64,000 nt of DNA from NCBI GenBank assembly GCA_965203175.1, contig OZ241867.1, positions 2,272,001 through 2,336,000 of the forward strand. The letters are read 5' to 3'. This document shows, piece after piece, positions 9,201-18,124 of the stretch. Source of the DNA: Candidatus Latescibacterota bacterium (GTDB taxonomy: Bacteria; Latescibacterota; UBA2968; UBA8231). Numbering within the stretch: the first letter of the stretch is position 1; each line of letters starts with the position of its first letter. The notes beneath the pieces were generated by a model, which was given only the letters and a program-made list of their open reading frames with translations, ran no database searches and was not told the origin of the DNA. The position numbers and the translations under genes are program-made.

Positions 9201-10503
9201 TCCAGTTGAAGACGCGCTGGAAGCGGGCTACCGTCGGGAAGGTCCAATCCACTAGCTCGGGCCGTGAGCCGTCTTTGTTGAGGAAGGGATGTTCCTCAAA
9301 GTAGCCCTTGACGTATTTGAACATCCGAGTGTTGGGCAGTGGGTTTTCTCCGCTGGTTGCCGCGTGGAAGACCTCCACTGAGGAGGTCGTAGCCTGCGTG
9401 GCCGCGGCCAGCACGGTATTGACGACGATGTCCACAGGCACCAAGTCCATGGGCGCGCCCTCTGCGGCCGGGAAGTCCGGGACGATCCCCCGCCCGTAGG
9501 CCACTATCAGTGGATCGGTTACTTTGAGCCCGTGGATCCAGCCTGGATGCGGGTCTTCAAGCGCGCCTTCGGTGACGCTGGGTCGTACAATGGCCAGCGG
9601 TACTTGGCCGCGGTTTTTGACGAGCAATTGTTCGCCCATGGCCTTGGTAAAAGTGTACACGTCATTCCAGCCGTGCTGCCGCGCTCGCCGCATCCCCTCC
9701 TCGACTAGCTCGCGCTCAATCCAGCGGCGACAGCGGTCGTCAATCAGTTTTTGCAAGCGGCTGTCCGAGAGGGTGCGACGGTGGCTCTGCTCGACGATCT
9801 CGCGGCGGAACGCACGCTGTTGCTCGTCGCTTTGCGCTTGGTCGCGGATTGCACGGCAGCGGGCTTGCGCTTGGGCGATTTCTTCTTCGGGGACGAAAGG
9901 TTGTAGCGGTGCGCTGTCGTCGATTAGGTGCTGAATCGTTCGGTCAATCGAAAGCGTTCGCTCGGGGACGGCACCGGTGAGGCGACCGTTAACGTACGCG
10001 GTTGATACGTGTACTAAGACGGGATTTTTGCGGCCTTCGCGGGCCAGCCGCAACAGCTCTTGAGGTGCCAAGGTGTTGAATTGGATCGCCGAGTCGAGCG
10101 GCTCGTCGAAGGTGACGCTGGCCGCGTTGCCGATGATGAGGTCAACTTCCGCGAGCAGTTCGTCGCGGGATGCTTCGTCTAGCCCGAGGCCCGGCTGCCG
10201 CATGTCGCAGGCAAGGGCGCGCACCTTCTGTCGCGCCGCGGCAAAGGCGGCTGGCTCCTCTTGGCGAAAGCGGTCGAAGACGACGAGCTTGAAGAGTTCG
10301 TCTAGCCGCTCCTCTACCGGCAGCGCGGCCCCACCAGGTCCCCGACCGGGGCGCAACACGAGGTACAAGCGCCGCACGCCGGGCAAATAGCGCAGGATCT
10401 TGGCCGTCAGTCCCTGCCCGTAAAACCCGGTGCCGCCGGTCAGCAACACGGTGCGGTCCTGATAGAATTCTCTGATCATAGCGGAAATGGACGAAAGCCC
10501 CAT
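6283..10503 (-). CDS. Multidomain fatty acyl reductase / acyl-CoA synthetase / ACP / acyltransferase (ElbD-like)
   Basis: N-terminal FAR (TGGTGFYG, HVSTAY, YTFTK, sterile-type C-domain); AMP-binding (QGYGLSE, LHTGDLG, GRSKDLI); ACP (LDSL); PlsC-type (NHASHLD, FPEGTRS). Start may be 10479. Confidence 0.85.
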   Translation of the reverse strand: MGLSSISAMIREFYQDRTVLLTGGTGFYGQGLTAKILRYLPGVRRLYLVLRPGRGPGGAALPVEERLDELFKLVVFDRFRQEEPAAFAAARQKVRALACDMRQPGLGLDEASRDELLAEVDLIIGNAASVTFDEPLDSAIQFNTLAPQELLRLAREGRKNPVLVHVSTAYVNGRLTGAVPERTLSIDRTIQHLIDDSAPLQPFVPEEEIAQAQARCRAIRDQAQSDEQQRAFRREIVEQSHRRTLSDSRLQKLIDDRCRRWIERELVEEGMRRARQHGWNDVYTFTKAMGEQLLVKNRGQVPLAIVRPSVTEGALEDPHPGWIHGLKVTDPLIVAYGRGIVPDFPAAEGAPMDLVPVDIVVNTVLAAATQATTSSVEVFHAATSGENPLPNTRMFKYVKGYFEEHPFLNKDGSRPELVDWTFPTVARFQRVFNWKYLYPLEIKQKLYECLPERWAPPQKKRRLAALKTRLKRVQYFIDLFSPYTTLDCRYEAKRMLALYESLPPEEQRIFNMDVRRIDWYQYYQKTHLPGLRRHELGGSDDDQEPLSAAPSEVGGEEQRWRIEESIRTIPDLLRWACGRYAAKTALQIERQSGWTRISYDELLTHAERVARRWQAQGLSAGTRVLLCGDNGPEWVVAYMAANLLGLAVVPIGPQMRDEDIWRLCDFVQARALIAAEKRFSQLSPEGVAAHKEMAFFNVDRDGLPFGHAPEPDASAKKGRWKRPRVNPDSTASIIFTSVLEPRGVVLSHRNLISNVLAQGEVLRIYESDRMLSTLPLHQVLECTGGLLLPLLGGATITYLESVNSREMLRALRDTNATVLLTAPRLLRVLADRVERLGAEATAGLAALRRVVSVGAALSDDLISAYERLGVAICQGYGLSEAASVVAVNTPMQRKTQSVGQVLPGQQVQIAEPDERGVGEVLVRGINVMEGYFSQEELTQAVLRDEWLHTGDLGRLDDDSYLFVEGRSKDLIVNGAGHNVYPREVESLYQGLPHVAELSVVGVPSARTGGEEVHGVAVLNREDEQTKDLREAIQVRSYEISHTLPSHHRIQRLHFWTRPLPRLDDGTVDRRALASAIEREDCPGTALPEWERAIQRQIGLLAGLSTEEVAAHIDAPLDTLLDSLMAVEFAAWLGQRLGTQVDGLLQPQDTLRSVLARLEAHLQDGVDWEVEQSPAYWSSILHAEPSAEPESEAGKNMLQEFLWETGGPLFRRFFDFRAGGLEHLPQDRPYLIAANHASHLDGTCVYAAVHSHVDHLNIATSEHYLTDSELHWFLSTFVNAIPFDGHDNFAAGLVRARQLVGMRCPLLVFPEGTRSVNGQLQPFKAGVGLLAYELDAPIVPLHIAGTHEALPKGTRTPSRHPLRLLFGPPLETTSFKESAAALSPYEIYYEIAAALKRQIEALGRKNI

Positions 10504-10781
10504 CCCGTGTCAGGACAGGGCGCAAAACGCTGTAATATAGAAGGCAGGAAGCCCTCCCACAAGGAGGCTCACTGCTTTGGACGCTTGGGCTCGCGGCCCT
10601 TGCCGCCGCGCCGATTCCGGTCTAGCCCTTGCTTGGTGATATAGGGGTGCTCGACCTGTTTTTCCAGTTCGCGACGCTGGTCGGTCCAATCGATGTCTCG
10701 TTTTCGCTTGGCCATATTTTGATATTATCTTTCTACTAAAGTTAATCTACGCGCAGGGTCGCTGACGGGACAGCCCAAGCT

Positions 10782-11687
10782 ATGGCCAAACACTGGGTTT
10801 TAATAGCCAATCCAACGGCGGGCAACGCCCGGGCCCGCAGCGTCGCTGAGCAAGCCGCCTTGGTGCTGCAAGCCGCCGGGCAAGCAGTCGAATTGCGCTA
10901 TACGCGGGCCCAAGGCCACGGAGCCGAGCTGGCACAGCAGGCCGTGGCCGAGGGCGCGGCGCGGCTCGTGGTCTGCGGCGGCGACGGGACCATCAGTGAG
11001 ACGCTCGCACCTCTCGCGGGTTCGCACACGGCCTTGGGGCTGCTGCCCTGCGGCACGTGCAACGACTTGGCCCGCGCCCTCGCCGTACCGCTCCGAGCGG
11101 AAGCGGCCATCGACAACCTGCTCCGAGGCGAGGTCCGCGCCATAGACTTGGGCCGGGCTGGCGACCGCTTCTTCGCCACGGTCGCCGCCTTTGGTTTTGA
11201 CGCCGAAGTCAACCGTCGCATGGAAAGCGCCCAAGGACCTCTATCCGGGCGGATTCGCTACATTTGGGAAGCATTGCGGCATGTCGTTAGTTACCAGCCG
11301 ACCCGGGTCCGCCTCTGCGGCGATTTCGGGGAGATAGAGCAAGAGGTGCTACAGGTATCTACCGCCAATGCGCGGAACTATGGAGGCGATTTGCGCGTTG
11401 CCCCAGATGCCGACCTCGGCGATGGTCTCTTTGACGTGGTCGTCGTCGATGCGGTGCCGCGGCGGGCGATCCTGTCGCTGATGCTCCGGCTCTTTTGGCA
11501 AGCACACGTCCGCCATCCAGCCGTGCGCATCGAGCGCACGGCCCGCCTAGCGCTGCATACTGACGCGCCGCACCGCGTGTATGCAGACGGCGACTATCTA
11601 GACCAGACGCCGCTCGTGCTGGAAGTTAGCCCGGCGGCTCTGCGGGTGGTGGTGCCGAGTTCTTGCTCTCAGGGGGTGCGTTGTTGA
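10782..11687 (+). CDS. Diacylglycerol/lipid kinase family (YegS/DgkB-like)
   Basis: NPTAG, GGDGT, GTCNDLARAL, NYGG and DGLFDV motifs. Confidence 0.9.
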   Translation: MAKHWVLIANPTAGNARARSVAEQAALVLQAAGQAVELRYTRAQGHGAELAQQAVAEGAARLVVCGGDGTISETLAPLAGSHTALGLLPCGTCNDLARALAVPLRAEAAIDNLLRGEVRAIDLGRAGDRFFATVAAFGFDAEVNRRMESAQGPLSGRIRYIWEALRHVVSYQPTRVRLCGDFGEIEQEVLQVSTANARNYGGDLRVAPDADLGDGLFDVVVVDAVPRRAILSLMLRLFWQAHVRHPAVRIERTARLALHTDAPHRVYADGDYLDQTPLVLEVSPAALRVVVPSSCSQGVRC

Positions 11688-11737
11688 TATTGCCCTAAGA
11701 GGCGGTATTTCAATCACGACTTATTCCACAGCGTCTT

Positions 11738-12715
11738 ATGGCTACCCGAGCACAGCAGATACGCCTGGGCATCTTCTTCTTGGTTTCGCTCGCCGTCCTC
11801 GCGCTGTTCTTCATCGTCGTCGCTGGCAGCCATCTCCTGCGCCAGCGCGATACCTATTACATCGAGTCCAACTCGCCCGTTAGCGGCCTCAATAAAGGCG
11901 CGGACGTCAAGTACTTGGGCTTTAGTATTGGCCGCGTCGAGGACATTGCGATCGCACAGGATAATCTCGCCACCGTGGTAATTGAGATTTCGGTTGAACG
12001 GCGGCTGGCCGAAAATGCTATCCGCACCGATACCCAGGCGCGAATGGCTTCGCTAGGGCTCACCGGCCTGAAGTACATCGAACTTTTCGGGGGCAGCGAC
12101 GACGCCCCAGTTCTTCCCCCAGGGTCCACTATTGTCGCGGGCGATACCTTTTTTAGCAGCATGCAAGAGCGCGCCGAAGTACTCAGTGCCAAGGTTGAAC
12201 AAACCATCGACAACCTAAACGCGCTGCTGAGCAGCGACAACCAGCGCACCTTCAATGAACTGCTGAACAACGCGGGCAATCTGCTGGCTACGGCCAACGC
12301 GCTGGTCGAGGACAACCGCTCTGCATTCGACGAGACCGCGGCCAATATGGTTGCCACCAGTCGCTCGCTCGCCAAAGCCAGCGCGACTTTGGCGACGACG
12401 GCCGATTCCCTGCACGTCTTGCTCGTGGGTGCGAAGTTGCAACAGACGGTTGACGACATGCATGTAACGATGCACAAGTGGCGCGAGCAAATGGACGGCC
12501 CGATTCCCCTGCTCGTCGCGCGGATGGACACCTTGATAAGCCACGTCGATCAGACTTTTGTAGGCATTGACCAGACCGTGGGGGCCAGCCGCCAGAATCT
12601 CCTGCGAGCTATACGAGAACTGGAGGAAACGTTGCAAAACATTCGCGAAACCACCGAACTAGTCCGCGAGAATCCCGCGGTGCTCATCCGAGGTCGCAGT
12701 GGTGAGGCCCAATAG
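11738..12715 (+). CDS. mlaD: MlaD/MCE family protein with long helical C-terminus
   Basis: N-terminal TM; VSGLNKGADVKYLGFSIGRV and GLTGLKYIEL MCE motifs; C-terminal RENPAVLIRG. Confidence 0.85.
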   Translation: MATRAQQIRLGIFFLVSLAVLALFFIVVAGSHLLRQRDTYYIESNSPVSGLNKGADVKYLGFSIGRVEDIAIAQDNLATVVIEISVERRLAENAIRTDTQARMASLGLTGLKYIELFGGSDDAPVLPPGSTIVAGDTFFSSMQERAEVLSAKVEQTIDNLNALLSSDNQRTFNELLNNAGNLLATANALVEDNRSAFDETAANMVATSRSLAKASATLATTADSLHVLLVGAKLQQTVDDMHVTMHKWREQMDGPIPLLVARMDTLISHVDQTFVGIDQTVGASRQNLLRAIRELEETLQNIRETTELVRENPAVLIRGRSGEAQ

Positions 12716-13457
12716 CCAAGTGCTCCGCTGCGGCCAAGCCTTCGTCTTGGCCGCAGTTCTATCCGGCTGCGCCCAGTTGCTAGGCGGCGACACCAAGTTG
12801 CCGCAGCGGCGCTATTTTAAGCTGCATATCGAACCCTTGCGCGGTAGCGTGGAAGATTCCGAGCGCCCGTACCCTTTCCGATTACAGGTCAAAGGCTTTG
12901 AGATGCCCCGAGCGTATGACCGCACCAATATCATCCTCCGCCGCGACCAGTACGAACTGCGGCGCGACAACCTCCACTACTGGATGGAGCGTCCCAGCGA
13001 CATGATTACCGATGCGGTCAAGCAATACTTGCGCCAAGCCGACCTCTTTACCTATGTCGGCGGGGATCGCGATTTTTTTGAACACCGCCCGGATTACGTG
13101 CTCAGCGGCTCTGTCAAAGCCATCGAGCGATTCGACAGCGGCGACCTGTGGGCAGCCCATCTCGTCATGACGATGGAATTGGTAAGGCAGGACGATGGCA
13201 AAGTTATATGGCAGGACGATTTCGACGAGGAGAGGCAGGTGTTTTCCCCGGCCATGATCCACACGGTGGCTGCGTTGAGCGGGATTTTGGGCCAGCGGAT
13301 GCAGAAGGTGATCGGGGAGATCGACTTCAAGTTCAGCAACAAGCAGCGGCCCGCGCCCATCGCGTCCAACGGGGAAACCGCACCGGCGGTCCGAGATACA
13401 GTGCTGCAAAACGAAGCTGATCACTACGAACTCATACCGGGAAAGCTAGCCCCCTAG
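12699..13457 (+). CDS. ABC-type transport auxiliary lipoprotein (PqiC-like)
   Basis: Lipobox LSGC; YD..IILR...YWMERPSDMI and DYVLSGSV motifs; follows the MCE gene. Confidence 0.8.
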   Translation: MVRPNSQVLRCGQAFVLAAVLSGCAQLLGGDTKLPQRRYFKLHIEPLRGSVEDSERPYPFRLQVKGFEMPRAYDRTNIILRRDQYELRRDNLHYWMERPSDMITDAVKQYLRQADLFTYVGGDRDFFEHRPDYVLSGSVKAIERFDSGDLWAAHLVMTMELVRQDDGKVIWQDDFDEERQVFSPAMIHTVAALSGILGQRMQKVIGEIDFKFSNKQRPAPIASNGETAPAVRDTVLQNEADHYELIPGKLAP

Positions 13458-13465
13458 GACTTGGT

Positions 13466-14977
13466 ATGTACAAGTTACTCTACATCCTGATCGCCCTGCC
13501 GTTGCTCGCCGGTTCAGCCCTAGGCGACAGCTACACTTGGATCGCCTCACCTGGGCGCGGCCAACTCGAACAGGATCCAACGCTGATTCCCAAGGGCAAG
13601 GGTTTTCTTTTTGTGCCGACGATGACCGGCTCCCTCAACGAGCCGAGCTTTCTCGTCTTACAGGGCAACAAACCCATCCGCGAAGCCTCCCCCGGCACCG
13701 GCGTGTTGCTATCACCCGGCAACTACAAATTGCTGGTCGGCTCGGGCACGGACCTCCAGATGATGATCCGCACCGTGCCAATCCAAGAGGGCATGACGAC
13801 GCTAGTAAAGCCCTTCTGGGCCGGACTAGTCATCAATGTCATGTCCGAGAACCGCGCATCGATCAACGAATCCTATGAACTGTACCGGGAGTCCTCGCAG
13901 GAAAACTACGGCCTCGGCTTCGGTGTCGAGGAGGAGCGAGGCGAGGCGGTCAAAACTTGGCTCCTGCCCCCAGGCGTTTACTCGGTAGTGCGACTAGGCG
14001 ACAACGTATCAACCACCCGCAAGTTCAGCGTCCGCTTGGAGCCGGGCGAGTTGGTCCAGCGCAATCTAATAGTGGATACCAAGGACAATACCTTCATCGG
14101 CTTCTACCCTCCGGCTCAGTATGGACTCCTCACTCAAGTAGTTGATTCGCGCTGGAAGACCTCCTTACAGCTAAGCGGCTCGCCTCAGTTGTCCACCTCG
14201 CAGAATACCACCGGCGCAGATCGCTCGATCCTCTTGCTTTCTGCTGAGGTCATCGGCAGCAGCGTCTATAACACGGACCGCCACTACGCCAATCTGCGGC
14301 TGGACTTTGAAGAGGGCTTCACCCGCAAGGAGGGCGACGACTTCCAGATTCTCGACGACAAGTTCGAGGTCCGCGCTACGTATATCTACCGGCTTTCCAA
14401 GCGAATCGGCCCCTATTTGCGCGGGGTGTTCAACACCAAGCTATTCGCTGAAGAGGAGCGCTTCGAAAAGCCGAAAGACCTTCTGGTCCGCATCAGAGAC
14501 CGGATCGAGCCCATGACGGGCATTAGCAAATTTACCCTCTCTCCGCCCTTCAGTCCCCTCGAACTGCGCCAGGGAATCGGCATCAACTCCCAGGTCATCA
14601 GCAGCTTTCCCCTGAACCTCGACATGCGCGTTGGTTTTGGGGCGCGCCAGACTTACGTTACCGACTCCTTCACTCTTGAGCCATATGCCGACCGCACTAT
14701 TGCCCGCAAGTTGGAGGACAAGACCTCCACCGGCTTGGAGGCCGTGCTGCTCCTCCGGTCGCGTTTTTCGCGCTTTCCCAGCTTGGATTCGGAGTTTGAC
14801 CTCCTTATCCCGAAGACAGCTACCGATACTTGGGAATTCACTTGGGAAAACAGCTTGCGCTTGCCGCTTAGTCGCTTCGTCAACGTGGTCGTCCTCTTCG
14901 ACTTCAAGCGCAAGCCTCCACTACAGCGGCTGCAATCTGAGCAACAGGTCCTGCTGCGTCTGAACTATTTGCTATGA
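13466..14977 (+). CDS. Secreted protein with probable C-terminal outer-membrane beta-barrel
   Basis: Signal peptide; C-terminal half with alternating amphipathic strands ending QVLLRLNYLL; inside the Mla operon. Confidence 0.55.
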   Translation: MYKLLYILIALPLLAGSALGDSYTWIASPGRGQLEQDPTLIPKGKGFLFVPTMTGSLNEPSFLVLQGNKPIREASPGTGVLLSPGNYKLLVGSGTDLQMMIRTVPIQEGMTTLVKPFWAGLVINVMSENRASINESYELYRESSQENYGLGFGVEEERGEAVKTWLLPPGVYSVVRLGDNVSTTRKFSVRLEPGELVQRNLIVDTKDNTFIGFYPPAQYGLLTQVVDSRWKTSLQLSGSPQLSTSQNTTGADRSILLLSAEVIGSSVYNTDRHYANLRLDFEEGFTRKEGDDFQILDDKFEVRATYIYRLSKRIGPYLRGVFNTKLFAEEERFEKPKDLLVRIRDRIEPMTGISKFTLSPPFSPLELRQGIGINSQVISSFPLNLDMRVGFGARQTYVTDSFTLEPYADRTIARKLEDKTSTGLEAVLLLRSRFSRFPSLDSEFDLLIPKTATDTWEFTWENSLRLPLSRFVNVVVLFDFKRKPPLQRLQSEQQVLLRLNYLL

Positions 14978-16068
14978 CTTGGGTGCAGAGCGACGAACAG
15001 GGGATCGCGCTCGGGGGTGCGCTTTCGCTACAGACCATCGGCGAGCTCGCTCCCCAAGTCCGCAATCTCATCGCTGAACACCCGCGCTCCGCGCTCCGCG
15101 CTGACTTGCGCCAAGTCGAACACCTCGACACTGCGGGGGCCGTCTTCCTGCGCGGCTTGCCCGACCTCGCCCGCTCCTTGGACAAGGAACTCCGCCTCGA
15201 TGGGCTGCCTGCTCACTTGCAGCCCGTTTTCGACTTTGCCTCGCCCGCGCCGCCGTCCGCGCCGTCCGCGCCGTCTCGCGTCGCTCTTGAACGCCTCGGC
15301 GCGTGGGTCCGTGCTCATGGCGTCCGCGCCGCCGACTTTTGCTACTTGATGTCCGACCTGACCTTTTTCTCGGTTAGCGCCTTGTTCCGCCGCGATCAGA
15401 TTCGCCGGGGCAGCTTTGGCGAGCAAGCGTACGCGATTGGCGCGCAGGCCCTGCAGATCGTCGGGCTGATCCTCTTTCTCGTCGGCGCGGTTTCGGCCCT
15501 CCAGTCCGCGGCTCAACTCCGCCAGTTCGGGGCCGATATTTTCGTCGCCAACCTGCTGGGCATTGGCCTGACTCGCGAGTTGGGGCCGCTGATGACCGCG
15601 ATTATGGTGTCTGGCCGCTCTGGGTCGGCCATTGCTGCGGAGATCGCCACCATGAAGTTCACCGAGGAATTGGACGCCCTGCAGACTATGGGAATTGATC
15701 CGCTGCGCTTTGTGGTGGTGCCCAAGCTGTGGGCCATGGTCGTCTGCATGCCGCTTCTGACGATCATGGCCAACTTCGTTGGCATCCTCGGCGGCACCTT
15801 TATCGGCGTGGTGTCGCTAGACATCCCAGCTACTGTGTTTCTCAACCAAGTCTTCTCGTCGCTCTTTCTCAAGGATTTGCTCACTGGGCTGGTCAAAAGC
15901 GCGTCCTTTGCGTGGCTTATCACGATCATCTCGGTTTACCACGGCCTCAATTTCAGCGGCGGAGCCGAGGGCGTCGGTCGGGCGACGACTTCCGCGGTCG
16001 TGTCATCGCTGTTTGGTATCATTATCCTCGACGCCTTCTGGGGCATTGTCTTCTACCTCAAATGGTGA
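14974..16068 (+). CDS. mlaE: MlaE permease with N-terminal STAS domain
   Basis: STAS DLRQVEHLDTAG; RELGPLMTAIMVSGRSGSAIAAEI and GAEGVGRATTSAVV. Confidence 0.9.
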   Translation: MTWVQSDEQGIALGGALSLQTIGELAPQVRNLIAEHPRSALRADLRQVEHLDTAGAVFLRGLPDLARSLDKELRLDGLPAHLQPVFDFASPAPPSAPSAPSRVALERLGAWVRAHGVRAADFCYLMSDLTFFSVSALFRRDQIRRGSFGEQAYAIGAQALQIVGLILFLVGAVSALQSAAQLRQFGADIFVANLLGIGLTRELGPLMTAIMVSGRSGSAIAAEIATMKFTEELDALQTMGIDPLRFVVVPKLWAMVVCMPLLTIMANFVGILGGTFIGVVSLDIPATVFLNQVFSSLFLKDLLTGLVKSASFAWLITIISVYHGLNFSGGAEGVGRATTSAVVSSLFGIIILDAFWGIVFYLKW

Positions 16069-16808
16069 CTCGCGTTATCGACATCCAAGATCTCTGCGTG
16101 TCCTACGGCGAGACCACCGTTCTGTGCGGGATTGACGCGCACGTAGATGAGGGGGAAATCGCCGTCGTGCTCGGTGGCAGTGGCTGCGGCAAGAGCACCT
16201 TGCTCAAGGCGACCATTGGCTTAGTGCAACCTGCCTCGGGCCGCGTTGAAGTCCTCGGCCAAGACGCGACGGTCCTCGGCGAGGAGGAGTTAGCGGCCCT
16301 GCGCAAGCGGCTAGGCGTGATGTTCCAATACGGCGCGCTGCTCAATTCGTTGACGGTTGAGCAAAACGTCGCCCTGCCCTTGGAAATGCACACGGACCTA
16401 GAGCGATCCTTGATTGGGGAGATTGCGCGCACCCGCCTTGCTTCGGTGGGCTTAGGGCACGCCTGCGAGCACTTTCCCGGCGAGCTGTCGGGTGGGATGC
16501 GCAAGCGCGCCGCTCTCGCGCGGGCCATGGTCATGGACCCGGAGATTCTCTTTTGCGACGAGCCGGGTGCGGGCCTCGACCCGGTCACCGCCGCCGAGAT
16601 CGACGCGCTGCTCCTCACGCTCAACCGCGAGTTGGGCATCACTATCGCCATTATCACCCACGAGCTACTCAGCATCGAACGGCTCGACGGCCGTCTCATC
16701 ATGCTGGACCAAGGCCGAGTGGCATTTACCGGCACGGTCGCCGAGGCCAAGCGCGCGGATCACCCGGTCGTCCGCTCTTTCTTTTACCCGTCCGATTCGT
16801 CCGCATGA
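16062..16808 (+). CDS. mlaF: MlaF-type ABC ATP-binding protein
   Basis: Walker A GGSGCGKS, LSGGMRKR, DEPGAGLDP; ATG at 16062 overlaps the mlaE end. Confidence 0.9.
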   Translation: MVTRVIDIQDLCVSYGETTVLCGIDAHVDEGEIAVVLGGSGCGKSTLLKATIGLVQPASGRVEVLGQDATVLGEEELAALRKRLGVMFQYGALLNSLTVEQNVALPLEMHTDLERSLIGEIARTRLASVGLGHACEHFPGELSGGMRKRAALARAMVMDPEILFCDEPGAGLDPVTAAEIDALLLTLNRELGITIAIITHELLSIERLDGRLIMLDQGRVAFTGTVAEAKRADHPVVRSFFYPSDSSA

Positions 16809-17281
16809 AAACCATTATCATCGCCGCCCTGAGCGAGAACAGGGTCATTGGCCGCGACAACGCCATCCCGTGGCACTACCCAGCCGACATGAAGCACTTT
16901 CGCCGCGTCACGCGGGGCCACGCGGTCGTGGCTGGCCGCAAGACCTACGAGACTTTTCAGACGCGCCCCTTGCCACAGCGCCGCAACTTCGTCCTCACCC
17001 GAAATCTGGACTACGCGGTCGCCGAGGGCGTAGTTGTCTGCGCGAGTTTGGCCGAGGTTTTGCAGCGCGCCCGCGCTTGCGGCAGCGAAAAACTCTTCGT
17101 GCTCGGGGGTGCCCAAGTCTATGAGCAGGCCCTGTCCTTGGCCGACGAAATGATTCTGACGCATTTGCCCATCGAAGTCGAGGGCGACGCGTACTTTCCG
17201 GCGTGGGAAGAAGGCGAATGGGAGGTGGTGGAAAGGCGCAGCGAAGGCGAGCTGGTCTTTGCGACGTATCGCCACTGCTGA
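16805..17281 (+). CDS. folA: Dihydrofolate reductase
   Basis: IIAALSENRVIG..N.IPW, DMKHF, GRKTYE, PLPQRRN, VLGGAQVY, EGDAYFP. Confidence 0.93.
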   Translation: MKTIIIAALSENRVIGRDNAIPWHYPADMKHFRRVTRGHAVVAGRKTYETFQTRPLPQRRNFVLTRNLDYAVAEGVVVCASLAEVLQRARACGSEKLFVLGGAQVYEQALSLADEMILTHLPIEVEGDAYFPAWEEGEWEVVERRSEGELVFATYRHC

Positions 17282-17375
17282 GGAGGTGCATAAAACCCGT
17301 CTTTGGGGTTTGATTATAAGGACGGGCGGTGTACATTCACCTCTTTAAGTTACTTTATCGGGAGAGGAGACCATC

Positions 17376-18116
17376 ATGAAACGCAGCTTTTCTTTTTTAT
17401 ACGTCCTAATCCTGTGGGCTTTGCCCGCCGCTGGCCAGGACGGCCTACTGGGCACTTGGGAAGTTATTGAAGAAGGAGTCGTCGAGTTGACCAGCGTCGA
17501 AGAAGACGGCACCCTCCATCGCCAAACGCTAGAGGGCGAAACCTCTCTCCGGGCCACCTTTGCAGAAGACAACTCCTGCCAACTTGACATTAAGATGCGC
17601 TTCGACGACGCCGAATACTTCTCGGGGTTGTTCTTCGACGACGATTTAGTGCGTTTAGTGAAAATCGCCACCGCAGTGGATTCGATCACTAGCGACTGGC
17701 TGGGCACCTGGCGTCAGCGAGTTACTGATGCACTCGCAAGGCAGCATGTGGATTCGATGACTCTTGTCTGGCTGGGTACCTATAGCACCGAGGGCAACAG
17801 CTTGCGGATGGATTTTGACGACGCTGCCCTGTACTTGGGCGATACTGAGGCTGTTGAGTTCTTTAGCGATTTCTTTGCTGAGGTACTCGGCTCGGACGAG
17901 CTCCCTGACGACTTAGTGGAAGAGATTACTTCCCATTTCGGCGGTCCGCCTGAACGGAAACAGACTATCGCCGCTAATATCTCAAGCGACAGCGGCAATC
18001 TCGTCTTCTCTTTCCCAGATCCAGACGGCTCTGTCAACACCTTTGAGCTTACCCGCATCTCTACCCCCACAGCCGTGGCCCCCATCAGTTGGGGAGAACT
18101 AAAAGACAGATGGTAG
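17376..18116 (+). CDS. Secreted acidic protein with C-terminal TAV-x3-SWGxLK motif
   Basis: SD GAGGAG; signal peptide; ends PTAVAPISWGELKDRW. Confidence 0.7.
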   Translation: MKRSFSFLYVLILWALPAAGQDGLLGTWEVIEEGVVELTSVEEDGTLHRQTLEGETSLRATFAEDNSCQLDIKMRFDDAEYFSGLFFDDDLVRLVKIATAVDSITSDWLGTWRQRVTDALARQHVDSMTLVWLGTYSTEGNSLRMDFDDAALYLGDTEAVEFFSDFFAEVLGSDELPDDLVEEITSHFGGPPERKQTIAANISSDSGNLVFSFPDPDGSVNTFELTRISTPTAVAPISWGELKDRW

Positions 18117-18124
18117 TATAACGC

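Noticed and set aside
15250-15275. 9-bp tandem repeat GCCGTCCGC
   Set aside because: Encodes a PSAPSAPS linker between the STAS and permease domains; no sign of a separate function.
15729-16061. N-terminal extension of the ABC ATPase (and of folA from 16553)
   Set aside because: Extensions overlap upstream genes in another frame; real starts at 16062 and 16805 show stop/start coupling.
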